DNA of 35,339 bases from Thermoplasmata archaeon (lineage in GTDB: Archaea > Thermoplasmatota > SW-10-69-26 > JACQPN01 > JAJPHT01), in NCBI GenBank assembly GCA_034667685.1, contig JAXDQU010000023.1, positions 1 to 35,339 on the forward strand, written 5' to 3'. Under the pieces are notes generated by a model. The model worked only from the letters and a program-made list of their open reading frames with translations. It made no database searches and was not told the origin of the DNA. A program made the translations under genes and the position numbers. Positions 1 through 8,477 of the stretch are shown piece after piece; within the stretch, counting starts at the first letter, position 1, and every line of letters starts with the position of its first letter.

Positions 1-40
1 TCTGAGCTAGATCTATCCAGATCTAGCTCCGATCCGTTCT

Positions 41-120
41 CGTTCACGACTCACGTTCCACGTTCACGTTGTCGTTCCACGTCGCACGTGAAACGAAAAC
101 ATACGCCGTGAACGTGAACG
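41..120. repeat. Imperfect CGTTCAC tandem units with an inverted copy (hairpin-forming intergenic repeat)
   Basis: Repeated cgttcac/cgttccac units at 41-80; CGTTCACGTT (61-70) is the reverse complement of AACGTGAACG (111-120). Lies just downstream of the tRNA 3' end. Confidence 0.5.
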
Positions 121-152
121 GCCGGACGGAGCTTCCGCTCGTCCAAGAAAGG

Positions 153-364
153 TGGGGGCACTGGGAATTTCACCCAACCTGTTCGAATCAGGTAGGCTTT
201 GAACCCAGACAAGCAGGTCTCTTCTACGATTGCGCGTTCTGCGCTCCAGTCAACCGTCACCGCTCGCCAGACCCCGGCCGGGGTTGGTTCGCTCAGCAGA
301 CCTGGTGATCGTCATTTGGCTCGTAACTGGAGCCTGCCGTCATGCCTGGTTAGACCATGCCCCC
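153..364 (-). tRNA. trnW: tRNA-Trp(CCA) with two introns (37/38: 326-219; 59/60: 197-167)
   Basis: Minus strand: acceptor stem GGGGGCA(364-358)/TGCCCCC(160-154) plus discriminator A153; D stem GTC/GAC; anticodon stem GCAGG/CCTGC; anticodon CCA at 330-328; T stem CTGGG/CCCAG. Removing both introns gives a 73-nt cloverleaf with T loop TTCAAAT. Confidence 0.93.
219..326 (-). ncRNA. Intron-encoded box C/D guide RNA of pre-tRNA-Trp (predicted Cm34 and Cm39)
   Basis: Order in intron: box C-like ATGACGA, guide CAGGTCT, D' CTGA, C'-like GTGACG, guide ACTGGAGC, D-like CAGA. The guides are complementary to the pre-tRNA, and the N+5 rule lands on C39 and C34, as known for euryarchaeal pre-tRNA-Trp. Confidence 0.85.
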
Positions 365-446
365 GGTGTGAGAGCCCCGCCCGGGGGGCGGGGTGTCGGG
401 GCCGCGTCGAGGCGACCCCCAAGGCGCCAGAGGCGCCGCAGCCTGC

Positions 447-557
447 TTACAGGCCACGGCGCAGCTTGGCGGCGCGCCTCCTTCGGCGCATCTTCTTCTT
501 CCGCCACTTCCAGCGCTGGTTGCCCTTCTTCTTCCAGACCCGGGAGCTCCTCTTCAT
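447..557 (-). CDS. rpl41e: Ribosomal protein eL41 (L41e/eS32), 36 aa
   Basis: Manual translation (below the ORF-track cutoff): MKRSSRVWKKKGNQRWKWRKKKMRRRRRAAKLRRGL, the archaeal L41e pattern; GAGG upstream and a TTAAAA box near 632-637 on the minus strand. Confidence 0.88.
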   Translation of the reverse strand: MKRSSRVWKKKGNQRWKWRKKKMRRRRRAAKLRRGL

Positions 558-700
558 GGGATGATCCTCAAACGATGAGCAATCCCAAGGGGAAACCCCC
601 TGGGGAACGAGTCGGGGATGGCATTCCCCTTTTTAATGCTTTGGACGGACCGCCCCGCGGCTCCCGGGATCGAGGCATGCGCGCGCGAGGGAAGGGGGGC

Positions 701-835
701 TCACGCGCCCGTGGGGCGCGAGGCGCGACGGCGCGCGAGGCGGGGGGCGATGCCCAGCTTCCAGAGCGAGAAGAAGCCCACGACACCCATGCCGCTGAGC
801 GAGAGCAGGTCGACGGGCGGAAGGGGCATGGTCAT
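701..835 (-). CDS. Putative small single-TM protein, 44 aa
   Basis: Manual translation MTMPLPPVDLLSLSGMGVVGFFSLWKLGIAPRLARRRASRPTGA; hydrophobic segment followed by an Arg cluster; GC3-rich codons. Confidence 0.4.
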   Translation of the reverse strand: MTMPLPPVDLLSLSGMGVVGFFSLWKLGIAPRLARRRASRPTGA

Positions 836-889
836 GTCCTCGGGCGAAGGAGGATAGTCGTTTGTCGTGCAGATGTGGAAGGGACCAGA

Positions 890-1162
890 TCATTTCGGGG
901 ATTGGCGCAGCCTTGCGAGCCAGTCGCGCAGCGCGTCCACGAGCGGGCTGACGTGGACCGTGCCCGCCTCGTCCTGAACGCTCTGCACGAAGCGCTCCGG
1001 CGGGCCGGCGGCGTCCTGCCGTTCGATCTCCGCGCCTTCGGGCGTCCTCGTGTGGAGCTTCACGCCTTCGGGCGTCTCGTCCACCCGCAGCAGCGTCTCC
1101 TTCTGGCCGAGCATCCTGGCGAACGCGCTGATCACGGGGTGCGCTTCGCGCCACGGGGGCAA
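890..1162 (-). CDS. Hypothetical protein (~90 aa)
   Basis: Host-like codon usage and ordinary amino-acid composition; TTG start uncertain. Confidence 0.55.
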   Translation of the reverse strand: MPPWREAHPVISAFARMLGQKETLLRVDETPEGVKLHTRTPEGAEIERQDAAGPPERFVQSVQDEAGTVHVSPLVDALRDWLARLRQSPK

Positions 1163-1206
1163 GTCCGTTCGCGTCGGGTCCGCGGGGCCCAGGGTCCTTT
1201 TTGGTG

Positions 1207-1372
1207 GGCCTCAGCCTCATCCCCTAGCCCTAGCCTCAGCCTTAGCCTCAGCCTCTGTCCCTCCAGCCACAGAGGACACAGAGGAGCACAGAGGAACGAG
1301 AAAAGTCGCCTCTGTGGCTGGAGGAGTCGAGGCTACAGGCTGGGGCTGAGGCTAAGGCTGGGGCTGAGGGCC
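1207..1372. repeat. Nested long inverted repeat (CCTCAG hexamers around CACAGAGG units)
   Basis: Perfect 17-bp IR 1237-1253/1344-1360 and 16-bp IR 1260-1275/1309-1324; immediately downstream of the stop of the large surface protein gene. Confidence 0.85.
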
Positions 1373-1373
1373 C

Positions 1374-4300
1374 CTACACCGGGAGCGTCGTCCCGCTCGC
1401 CTCGACCGACAGGAGGCTCTGGCCCACCGCGTTCCACTCCGTGATCTTGTAGTAGTACGTGGTGCTCGTGCTCATGCCGCTGTTGTCGGAGAGCGTGAGC
1501 GTCGTGCCGCTGCCGGTGTTCGAGAGCGCGTAGGTCGCCTCATGGCCCGAGGCGCCCGCGCCGCTGCTGCGGTAGACCGTGAAGTTGAGCACGGTCATCG
1601 AAGGCGAGCTGCCGGCGGTCCACGTGATGGCGAGGCACTTCGAGCCGCACGTCGCGAGCACCGAGACGATGGTCGGCGCGCTGGGCACGCTGGCGGTGGT
1701 GCCGCTGGCGACCGAGGTGTTGGCGCCGACACCCGCGTCGCTCCAGCCCGCCACCTGGTAGTAGCGCGTGGCGCCGTCGGCGCCGACGTTGCTGTCCACG
1801 AAGCTGGTGTTCAGGCTGTTCGTCGTGGCCGCGATCTGCACGAGGTTGCTGCTGTTCGTGCCGCGGAAGATCAGGAAGCCCTGGCCCGTGGCGCCCGCGC
1901 CCCAGTTGACGGGCGGGACCCACGTGAGCGTGAGCGACTTGGCGGTGTTCGACGTGACGCTGACCACGAGGTTCGTGGGCGCGACGGCGAGGCCCTTGGG
2001 CGTGGCGCTGGCCTCGTTGCTGTTGGCCGAGGCGCCGCCGCCGCTTGCGACGCCCACGACGTAGAAGTAGTACGTCGTGCCGTTGACCGCGTTGTTGTAG
2101 GTGAAGCTGGCGTTGCCGCTCGTCGTGTAGATGAGCGACTCGCCGCCCGAGGTCGATCCCTCGTAGACCTTGTAGCTGCTGATGGAGTCGCCGCCGGTGG
2201 GCACCGAGGCGGTCCAGGTGAGCGCGATCGTGCGCGCGTTGGCGTTGGCCGTGGCCGTGAGCGCCGGCGCGGTGGGCGCGCCCCACGTGCTGCCGCTGGC
2301 GACCGACGAGTTGGCGCCCACGCCGCCCGTGCCGTAGCCGGCCACGCTGTAGTAGCGCGTCGTGCTGGTGCCCCCGACGTTGTCGTCCTCGAACGAGACG
2401 TTGTTCGCGTTCGTCGTGGCGGCGATCTGCGTGAGGCTGCCGCTGCTGGTGCCGCGGAAGATGAGGAAGCCCGAGCCGGAGGCGCCCGTGCCCCAGCTGG
2501 AGGGGCCGACCCACGTCAGCGTCAGCGAGCCGCCCACGCCGGCCGTGGGGGCGACCGCGAGGCTCGTGGGGGCGGTCGCGACGCCGTAGTTCGTCACGCT
2601 GACCTCGTTGGAGTGCGAGCCCTCCCCGCTCGACGAGACCGCCGCCACGTAGTAGTAGCGCGCCGAGCCGTTGGCGATGTTCGCGTCGGTCCACGAGAGG
2701 TTGCCGCCGTTGGTGCCCAGGAGCGTCTCGGCGCCGGCGCTGGAGCCCTCGTAGATGCGGAACGCGGTCACGCTGTCGCCCGCGGAGACGGTGGCGTTGG
2801 TCCACGTGAGCGTGATCTGGCGAAGCGCCGCGTTGCCCACGCCCGCGAGCACGGGCGCCGTGGGCAGGGCGAAGGCGCCCGCCGCGCTGGCGGTGGTGAG
2901 GGCGGACTCGCCGTTGGCGTTCTGCGCGCTCACCGCGTAGTAGTACGAGACGCCCGTGCCGAGCACGTCGGTCCACGTGGTGTTGCTCGCGGCGGGGAAG
3001 GAGGCCAGGAGCGAGAGGGAGTTGGACGTCGCGCCGCGGTAGACGTTGTAGAGCGTCAGCGCGCTTCCGCCAGTGGAGGGCGCGGTCCAGGCGAGGACGA
3101 CGGCGCCCACGCCGCCCGTCGCGGTGAAGCCCGTGGCGGCGGAGGGCGTCGTGGAGGGCGTGGCGGAGATCTCGATGCTGCTGGAGCTCCTGCCGTAGGA
3201 GTTGCTCGTGCTGAGGTTGTAGTAGTACGTCTGGCCGTTGGTCAGGCCCGTGTCGTTGTAGTCGAACACGGTGTTCGCGACGTGCGCGAGGAGCGTCTCG
3301 GCGCCGCTCGAGGTGCTGCGCCAGAGGTCGTACCCGCTGTTCTTGCCGTCGCTGGTCGTGCCGTTCGACGTGGGCCATTGCCAGTAGACGTGGGCCGCGC
3401 CGTTCCAGGGCGTGACGTTGAGCGCGCGCGGGGCGCCGGGCACGGCGGTCGTCGCGCTCACGCTGCTGCTCGAAGCTGGCGTCGCGCCCTGCCAGATGTA
3501 CATCGTGATGGAGATCTCCACGTAGATGCCCGAGCCGTCGGTCGTCATGTCGATGACCGCGGTGCGCGTGGAGACCGCGACGGGGACGCCGGTGGGCACG
3601 GTGGGTCCGAGGTCGAAATACAGCGCGCGGTACTTGCCGTACGTGAGCGTGTTGGCGAAGAACGACGCGCGCTGGTCCGCGCTCATCGTGTAGGGCAGGT
3701 ACGTGGTGAGGATGACGGAGCCGTTCTTGCCGTACGCGCCGAACGCGCCCGTGTTGGAGAGCGCGAGGATGTCCTGGCCCGCGGTCGTCTGCACGACGCC
3801 GGTGAAGAGGCCGTTGTCGCTCCCGCCGCTGAAGTCCCAGACCTTGTTGTTGTTGGAGTAGCTCGACCAGTCGAGCTCGTTGGGCACCGAGAGGAGCGGG
3901 TTGGTCGTGTCGGGCGTGGCGACCGAGGACGAGGAGCCCGAGATGCCCACGTGCATGAGCGGCTGGAGCCACTGCACGTTCTGCTCGCCGCCGAGCACCA
4001 TCAGGCGGCCGCCGTAGACGTTGACGTAGTTGCCGATGGCGCTCTTCACGGCGTTGTCGGTGAGCGCGTTCTGCGCGACGCTGGAGCCGATGACGAGCAT
4101 GTCGTAGACCGGCTTCTCGAAATTCTGGCTGAAGCCGGTGCTCCCGATCGAGACGTCGTCGATGATCCAGCCCTTGCCGGTCGTGCTGTCGGTGTCCGCC
4201 ACCCAGTGGAACGCGACCTCGACGGCCACGGCGCCCAGGCAGGAGGGGCAGTTGGTCGCGTCGATGGTGATGGTGTGCGTCGTCCAGTTGGAGACGCCGC

Positions 4301-5372
4301 CCGAGGTGTCGGTGGAGCGCGCGTTGAGCCCGTTGGTGATCGCGTGCCACGTGGCGCCGTTGTCGGAGCTGAGCTCGACGAAGCCGTAGTCGCCCTGGTC
4401 GCCGCTCGTGTTGACCAGCTCGGTCCACGTCATCGTCGTCGTGACGGGGACGCTGGCGAAGTCCGCGATGCCCACGACGGCGCGCATCTCGCGCCCCTTC
4501 GTGTAGCCCAGGCTCGACTTCGAGGCGGTGCCGCCGTCGCTGATCGCCAGCGCGCGCGTCGTGCTCCCCGTGACGGGCGAGACGGCGGTGCCGTTGACGA
4601 CGGTGAAGTCGTCCTTGGGCGTGCCCTGGCCGTTGGCGACGAGCGTCTGCGTGACGCCGATGCCGAGGTTGGGCACGAGGTTCGTGCGCAGGAAGGTGGA
4701 GTCGTCCTCGTACTTGTCGCCGGTGGGCGCGGTGGTCGCGTCGTGGAGCGCCGGGTTGTAGTCGATCGGGAGGCTCGCGAGCGAGTCGGACTCCGTGACG
4801 GCGGCGCTGGAGAACTGGCCGCCGGTGAACTGGCCCACGTACGCGACGTGGAACGTGCTCATGCCCACGACGCCGTGGTCCGAGGAGCTGGAGATCACCG
4901 GCGAGCCGCGCAGGTGGAACTCGTACCCCGTCAGGCCCAGCGCGGCCTTCGCCTCCGGGTAGTCGACGTAGCCGTTGCTGCTCGCGGCGCTGCTCGACCC
5001 GTGGGTGAGGGCGTCGAACTTGGCCGCGTCGACGCGCGAGGTCGAGCCCCCCTGGAGGAGCCCGAGCTGCGAGACGCCGTCCACGCCCGAGGTGGTGTCG
5101 CTCCAGGTGGAGGGCACGCCGGCGCCGCCCAGGAGGACCTGCATGGTGTGGTCGCTGGTCGACTTCAGGTCGGCCGTGGTGAGCGCGTCCTGCTGCGCGC
5201 CGGGAGGCTGCATGGCGAAATGCAGCAGGTACGTCGCGCCGATGAGGAAGACGGCCGCCCCCACGACGAAGGAGACGAGGGAGCCGGACGCGCGATCATC
5301 GCCGCGCCAGAAGCGGGCCCGCAGCCACGCATAGACGCGCGGCGTGCACGGCCCAGCCACCCGATTCGCCAA
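1374..5372 (-). CDS. Large Ser/Thr/Gly-rich surface protein with class III (pilin-like) signal peptide and about 7 fibronectin type III repeats
   Basis: N-terminal RGDDRA followed by a hydrophobic helix; a beta-rich domain (YGFVELSSDNGATW..GWIIDDVSI); C-terminal half of repeated LTW..Y.IYR..YYY.V.A.N..G FN3 units. Start placed at TTG 5372 after GAGGT and downstream of TTATATAA; start uncertain. Confidence 0.85.
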   Translation of the reverse strand: MANRVAGPCTPRVYAWLRARFWRGDDRASGSLVSFVVGAAVFLIGATYLLHFAMQPPGAQQDALTTADLKSTSDHTMQVLLGGAGVPSTWSDTTSGVDGVSQLGLLQGGSTSRVDAAKFDALTHGSSSAASSNGYVDYPEAKAALGLTGYEFHLRGSPVISSSSDHGVVGMSTFHVAYVGQFTGGQFSSAAVTESDSLASLPIDYNPALHDATTAPTGDKYEDDSTFLRTNLVPNLGIGVTQTLVANGQGTPKDDFTVVNGTAVSPVTGSTTRALAISDGGTASKSSLGYTKGREMRAVVGIADFASVPVTTTMTWTELVNTSGDQGDYGFVELSSDNGATWHAITNGLNARSTDTSGGVSNWTTHTITIDATNCPSCLGAVAVEVAFHWVADTDSTTGKGWIIDDVSIGSTGFSQNFEKPVYDMLVIGSSVAQNALTDNAVKSAIGNYVNVYGGRLMVLGGEQNVQWLQPLMHVGISGSSSSVATPDTTNPLLSVPNELDWSSYSNNNKVWDFSGGSDNGLFTGVVQTTAGQDILALSNTGAFGAYGKNGSVILTTYLPYTMSADQRASFFANTLTYGKYRALYFDLGPTVPTGVPVAVSTRTAVIDMTTDGSGIYVEISITMYIWQGATPASSSSVSATTAVPGAPRALNVTPWNGAAHVYWQWPTSNGTTSDGKNSGYDLWRSTSSGAETLLAHVANTVFDYNDTGLTNGQTYYYNLSTSNSYGRSSSSIEISATPSTTPSAATGFTATGGVGAVVLAWTAPSTGGSALTLYNVYRGATSNSLSLLASFPAASNTTWTDVLGTGVSYYYAVSAQNANGESALTTASAAGAFALPTAPVLAGVGNAALRQITLTWTNATVSAGDSVTAFRIYEGSSAGAETLLGTNGGNLSWTDANIANGSARYYYVAAVSSSGEGSHSNEVSVTNYGVATAPTSLAVAPTAGVGGSLTLTWVGPSSWGTGASGSGFLIFRGTSSGSLTQIAATTNANNVSFEDDNVGGTSTTRYYSVAGYGTGGVGANSSVASGSTWGAPTAPALTATANANARTIALTWTASVPTGGDSISSYKVYEGSTSGGESLIYTTSGNASFTYNNAVNGTTYYFYVVGVASGGGASANSNEASATPKGLAVAPTNLVVSVTSNTAKSLTLTWVPPVNWGAGATGQGFLIFRGTNSSNLVQIAATTNSLNTSFVDSNVGADGATRYYQVAGWSDAGVGANTSVASGTTASVPSAPTIVSVLATCGSKCLAITWTAGSSPSMTVLNFTVYRSSGAGASGHEATYALSNTGSGTTLTLSDNSGMSTSTTYYYKITEWNAVGQSLLSVEASGTTLPV

Positions 5373-5406
5373 CCGAACGACCTCGCCCCTGGCTCTCCGG
5401 AACCGA

Positions 5407-5458
5407 TTATATAAGGTCACGGCGGCAAACCAGGGGGCAGCGCCCAATCTCCTTAAGC
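5407..5458. promoter_or_regulatory. Divergent archaeal TATA boxes
   Basis: TTATATAA (5407-5414) and CTTAAG (~5452-5457) are AT-rich boxes in a GC-rich context, ~25-35 nt upstream of the two divergent starts. Confidence 0.55.
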
Positions 5459-5480
5459 GGGTGGTTCATTCCTCGCCCCG

Positions 5481-6563
5481 ATGCAGGGCGTGGACGAGCG
5501 GGCCCCCATCCTCCGGGAGGACGGGACCGTCGACAAGGCGCGCGACCCCAACCTCCCCGACGCGCAGCTCGTCAAGATGTACCGCGCGATGCGCCTGACC
5601 CGTCTTCTGGACGACCGGTGCATGATCCTCCAGCGCCAGGGGCGTCTGGCCTTCTTCGGCTCCTCGACGGGCGAGGAGGCGGCCGTCATCGGCTCGGCCA
5701 GCGCGCTGCGCGACGACGACTGGATCTTCCCAGCGCTCCGCCAGGGGGGCGCGCTTCTCATGCGCGGCTTCCCGCTGAAGGCCTACTTCGACCACATGTT
5801 CGGCAACGGCGGCTCCGTCGAGCTGGGCCGCAGCATGCCGATGCACTTCAGCGACCGGCGCGCCAACTTCGTCACGTGGTCCTCCTGCATGGCGACCCAG
5901 CTCCCGCACGCGGCGGGCATGGCCTACGGCGCCAAGCTCAAGAAGACGGGCCAGGTCGCCATGGGCTACCTGGGCGACGGCGCCAGCAGCGAGAACGACT
6001 TCCACACCGCGCTCAACTTCGCCGGCGTCTGGAAGGCTCCGGTCGTCTTCTTCTGCAACAACAACCAGTGGGCCATCAGCGTCCCCTTCGCGCACCAGAC
6101 CGCGAGCGGCTCGGTCGCCGTGAAGGCGCGCGCCTATGGATTCCCCGGCGTCAGGCTCGACGGAAATGATATCCTGGGCGTCCACGTCGCCACCGCCGAG
6201 GCCGTCGCGCGCGCCCGCCGCGGCGAGGGCCCCACGCTGGTCGAGGCCGTCACGTACCGCATGCAGGGGCACAGCAGCAGCGACGACCCCACCCGGTACC
6301 GCAGCGACGCCGAGGTCGCGGCGTGGGCCCGGCGCGATCCGGTCGCGCGCTTCGCGCGCTACCTCCAGCAGCGCGGCGCGTGGGACGACGAGAAGGACGC
6401 CGCGCTCACGGCGGAGCTGACCGAGGCCATCAGCGAGGCGATCCGGCAGAGCGAGGCGACGGCCGCGCCGCCGACGGATTCGCTCGTGAAGGAAGTGTAC
6501 GCGGACGTGCCGTGGCACCTGGAGCGCGAGTACGCCGAGCTCCAGGAATCCCTGAAGCGCTGA
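5481..6563 (+). CDS. pdhA: 2-oxoacid (pyruvate/branched-chain) dehydrogenase E1 alpha subunit
   Basis: TPP motif GDG..(x)n..NNQWAIS, LQRQGR, TYRMQGHSSSDDP phosphorylation-loop motif. Substrate specificity unresolved (could be BCKDH). Confidence 0.9.
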   Translation: MQGVDERAPILREDGTVDKARDPNLPDAQLVKMYRAMRLTRLLDDRCMILQRQGRLAFFGSSTGEEAAVIGSASALRDDDWIFPALRQGGALLMRGFPLKAYFDHMFGNGGSVELGRSMPMHFSDRRANFVTWSSCMATQLPHAAGMAYGAKLKKTGQVAMGYLGDGASSENDFHTALNFAGVWKAPVVFFCNNNQWAISVPFAHQTASGSVAVKARAYGFPGVRLDGNDILGVHVATAEAVARARRGEGPTLVEAVTYRMQGHSSSDDPTRYRSDAEVAAWARRDPVARFARYLQQRGAWDDEKDAALTAELTEAISEAIRQSEATAAPPTDSLVKEVYADVPWHLEREYAELQESLKR

Positions 6564-6579
6564 GCGCGCGCCGTTCCCG

Positions 6580-6655
6580 CCAGCCACAGAGGACACAGAG
6601 GGCCACAGAGGCTCCGTTCTTCGTCCTCGGTGACCTCTGTGTCCTCCGTGGCTGG
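6580..6655. repeat. Inverted repeat of CACAGAGG units; likely bidirectional terminator or REP-like element
   Basis: 22-bp IR with one mismatch (6580-6601/6634-6655) between convergent genes; left arm identical to 1263-1284. Confidence 0.85.
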
Positions 6656-6677
6656 AACAGGAAACAAGACGAGCGGG

Positions 6678-6980
6678 TTAGGAGAACGTCGCGCCCACGT
6701 CGCCGGAGACGCCCGCCGCCACGAGGCCGCAGGTGTTGAACTGCGCGTCGGGCGTGGCGACGGAGACGATGACCTTCGTCGCGCCCGCGGGGATCGCGAA
6801 GGAGTCGCCGGGGCAGAAGACGACGCTCGGGGGCGTCCCGCCAACGTTCGTCACGAACTGGATCGCGCCCGCCTCGGCGCCCAGCGCGGCGTCGGTCACG
6901 AAGGGCGTGATGCTGGTGGCGCCCGCGGGGATCCGGATGCACGTCGAGCTCGTGTGGAGCCCGCCCGCGCAGTTGGTCAT
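6678..6980 (-). CDS. Hypothetical small Cys-containing beta-rich protein (N-terminus uncertain)
   Basis: Strong GC3 bias; the frame stays coding-like upstream of the ATG (LTAPLVHAEPY) without a clear start. Confidence 0.55.
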   Translation of the reverse strand: MTNCAGGLHTSSTCIRIPAGATSITPFVTDAALGAEAGAIQFVTNVGGTPPSVVFCPGDSFAIPAGATKVIVSVATPDAQFNTCGLVAAGVSGDVGATFS

Positions 6981-7175
6981 GGCGAGCGGGCCCGTGTACG
7001 GCTCGGCGTGGACGAGCGGCGCGGTGAGAATACGAAGAGCACGGATGCCGAAGCATGGGGCGGCTATCCGTCGCGAAGATGGCTCGGGTGGTTATCCCGG
7101 ACGCAGAGCTCTTGAATCCCGGCTCCATTGCGGTGGCTGGGGGGCGGTTCTATTCCTTCCGCTTGCCAGCGATCC

Positions 7176-8477
7176 ATGACCCTGCTCGTAGCCTCCGCTT
7201 TACTGATTCCCGTCCTCAGCATGAGCATGCCCGGGGCTCAGGCCGAGAATATTCCAAACCAAACTCCGATCCGGAGCGCCACGGGCGCCATCGTCACATT
7301 GAATTTGACCACTACGCCCGCACACATCCAGTTTGGCGACCTCAGCACGGCGAATTCCACCTTCATTGTGGGTGCGCCGGAGCTGGCGGGACTGGAACTC
7401 ATTGCGCCAAATGGAACGGCATACGTCCAGCAAGGCCAGCACTGGCACACGACCCTCCTGAATGGATTCTACTATCTCTTCCTCAACGTCACCCCGAAGA
7501 CGACTGGGACCTGGCTCTTCAGAAACGCGACAAACCACGCAGTTGTTGACACATTCGTGAACACGGGGACGAACGTCGCCATCAATCCCAATGGCCCGTC
7601 CTGCGTCGGGCAGACTTGGTCGCCGTATTACTACAGCAACGACTACTCCGCGGATTGGAACGCGCCCCTCCACGACGACTACATCTACATGACTAGCCAA
7701 GCGCAGGGGGCGGTCATGTACTGCGGCGGCGTGAATGCGGAACAGCGGGACAATGCCTGGCGATACGGATACAACTTCTATGGGCGGAGTTCCCTCGGGG
7801 GTTCAACCTATCAGTTCAGTGTTGGCATCGCGGACTACGGTGCAGGCTGCGACATCGTGAATCGCGACTTCTTCGGCGGGCCTGCGCAGGAGATTTGCTA
7901 TTCTGCAAAGAATCCACAAGCGGGAATCTACCAAGTCAATACCGATGAGTGGTCGGGGAGCAACTACGTGCCCGGATGCAACGCTGCGGCGTACCTGGGG
8001 AACGGCCCCCAGGGCTGTCCTGATCGGTGGTATTCGTGCTGCAGTCAGATCTCGAAAGAGAGCAAGGATTCAGACGGATCTGCGCAAGATCAACGAATTC
8101 TGGACACGATCAGCCGTCTTGCGTCCTATGCTGGGGCTGCAGCGGATGCATGGTACGTTCAACCGCTTATCGACATCATCGACTGTGTGCTGACGTGCCA
8201 GTCCGATTACACGACAACGTATGGGACTCTAGGGGAGAGCGCGAATCGCGCGCCTGAGGACTATGTCTACTGGAGCTACGTAGACGAAGGGTCTCATTCG
8301 TACGGCACTCTCCACGAGTTGCAATTCGCGTCGGCCATGACGGGGTACTACGAGATCCATGCGGGGCTCAAAGCTGAGGTCGATGACTTCTATATCTTCC
8401 AGGGCTTCCCGGACCTCGTTCAAGAATGGGAGCACTGGATCGAAACTGATGTCGAAGTGCTGATTACTCATGGATAG
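7176..8477 (+). CDS. Secreted Cys/Tyr/Asn-rich hypothetical protein (lower-GC segment)
   Basis: Signal peptide MTLLVASALLIPVLSMSMPGAQA; long ORF with atypical codon usage. Confidence 0.75.
   Translation: MTLLVASALLIPVLSMSMPGAQAENIPNQTPIRSATGAIVTLNLTTTPAHIQFGDLSTANSTFIVGAPELAGLELIAPNGTAYVQQGQHWHTTLLNGFYYLFLNVTPKTTGTWLFRNATNHAVVDTFVNTGTNVAINPNGPSCVGQTWSPYYYSNDYSADWNAPLHDDYIYMTSQAQGAVMYCGGVNAEQRDNAWRYGYNFYGRSSLGGSTYQFSVGIADYGAGCDIVNRDFFGGPAQEICYSAKNPQAGIYQVNTDEWSGSNYVPGCNAAAYLGNGPQGCPDRWYSCCSQISKESKDSDGSAQDQRILDTISRLASYAGAAADAWYVQPLIDIIDCVLTCQSDYTTTYGTLGESANRAPEDYVYWSYVDEGSHSYGTLHELQFASAMTGYYEIHAGLKAEVDDFYIFQGFPDLVQEWEHWIETDVEVLITHG

Noticed and set aside
1207-1372. CRISPR array interpretation of the repeated units (also 41-120 and 23317-23419)
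   Set aside because: Units are 6-9 nt, tandem and inverted, with no unique ~35-nt spacers and no cas genes.
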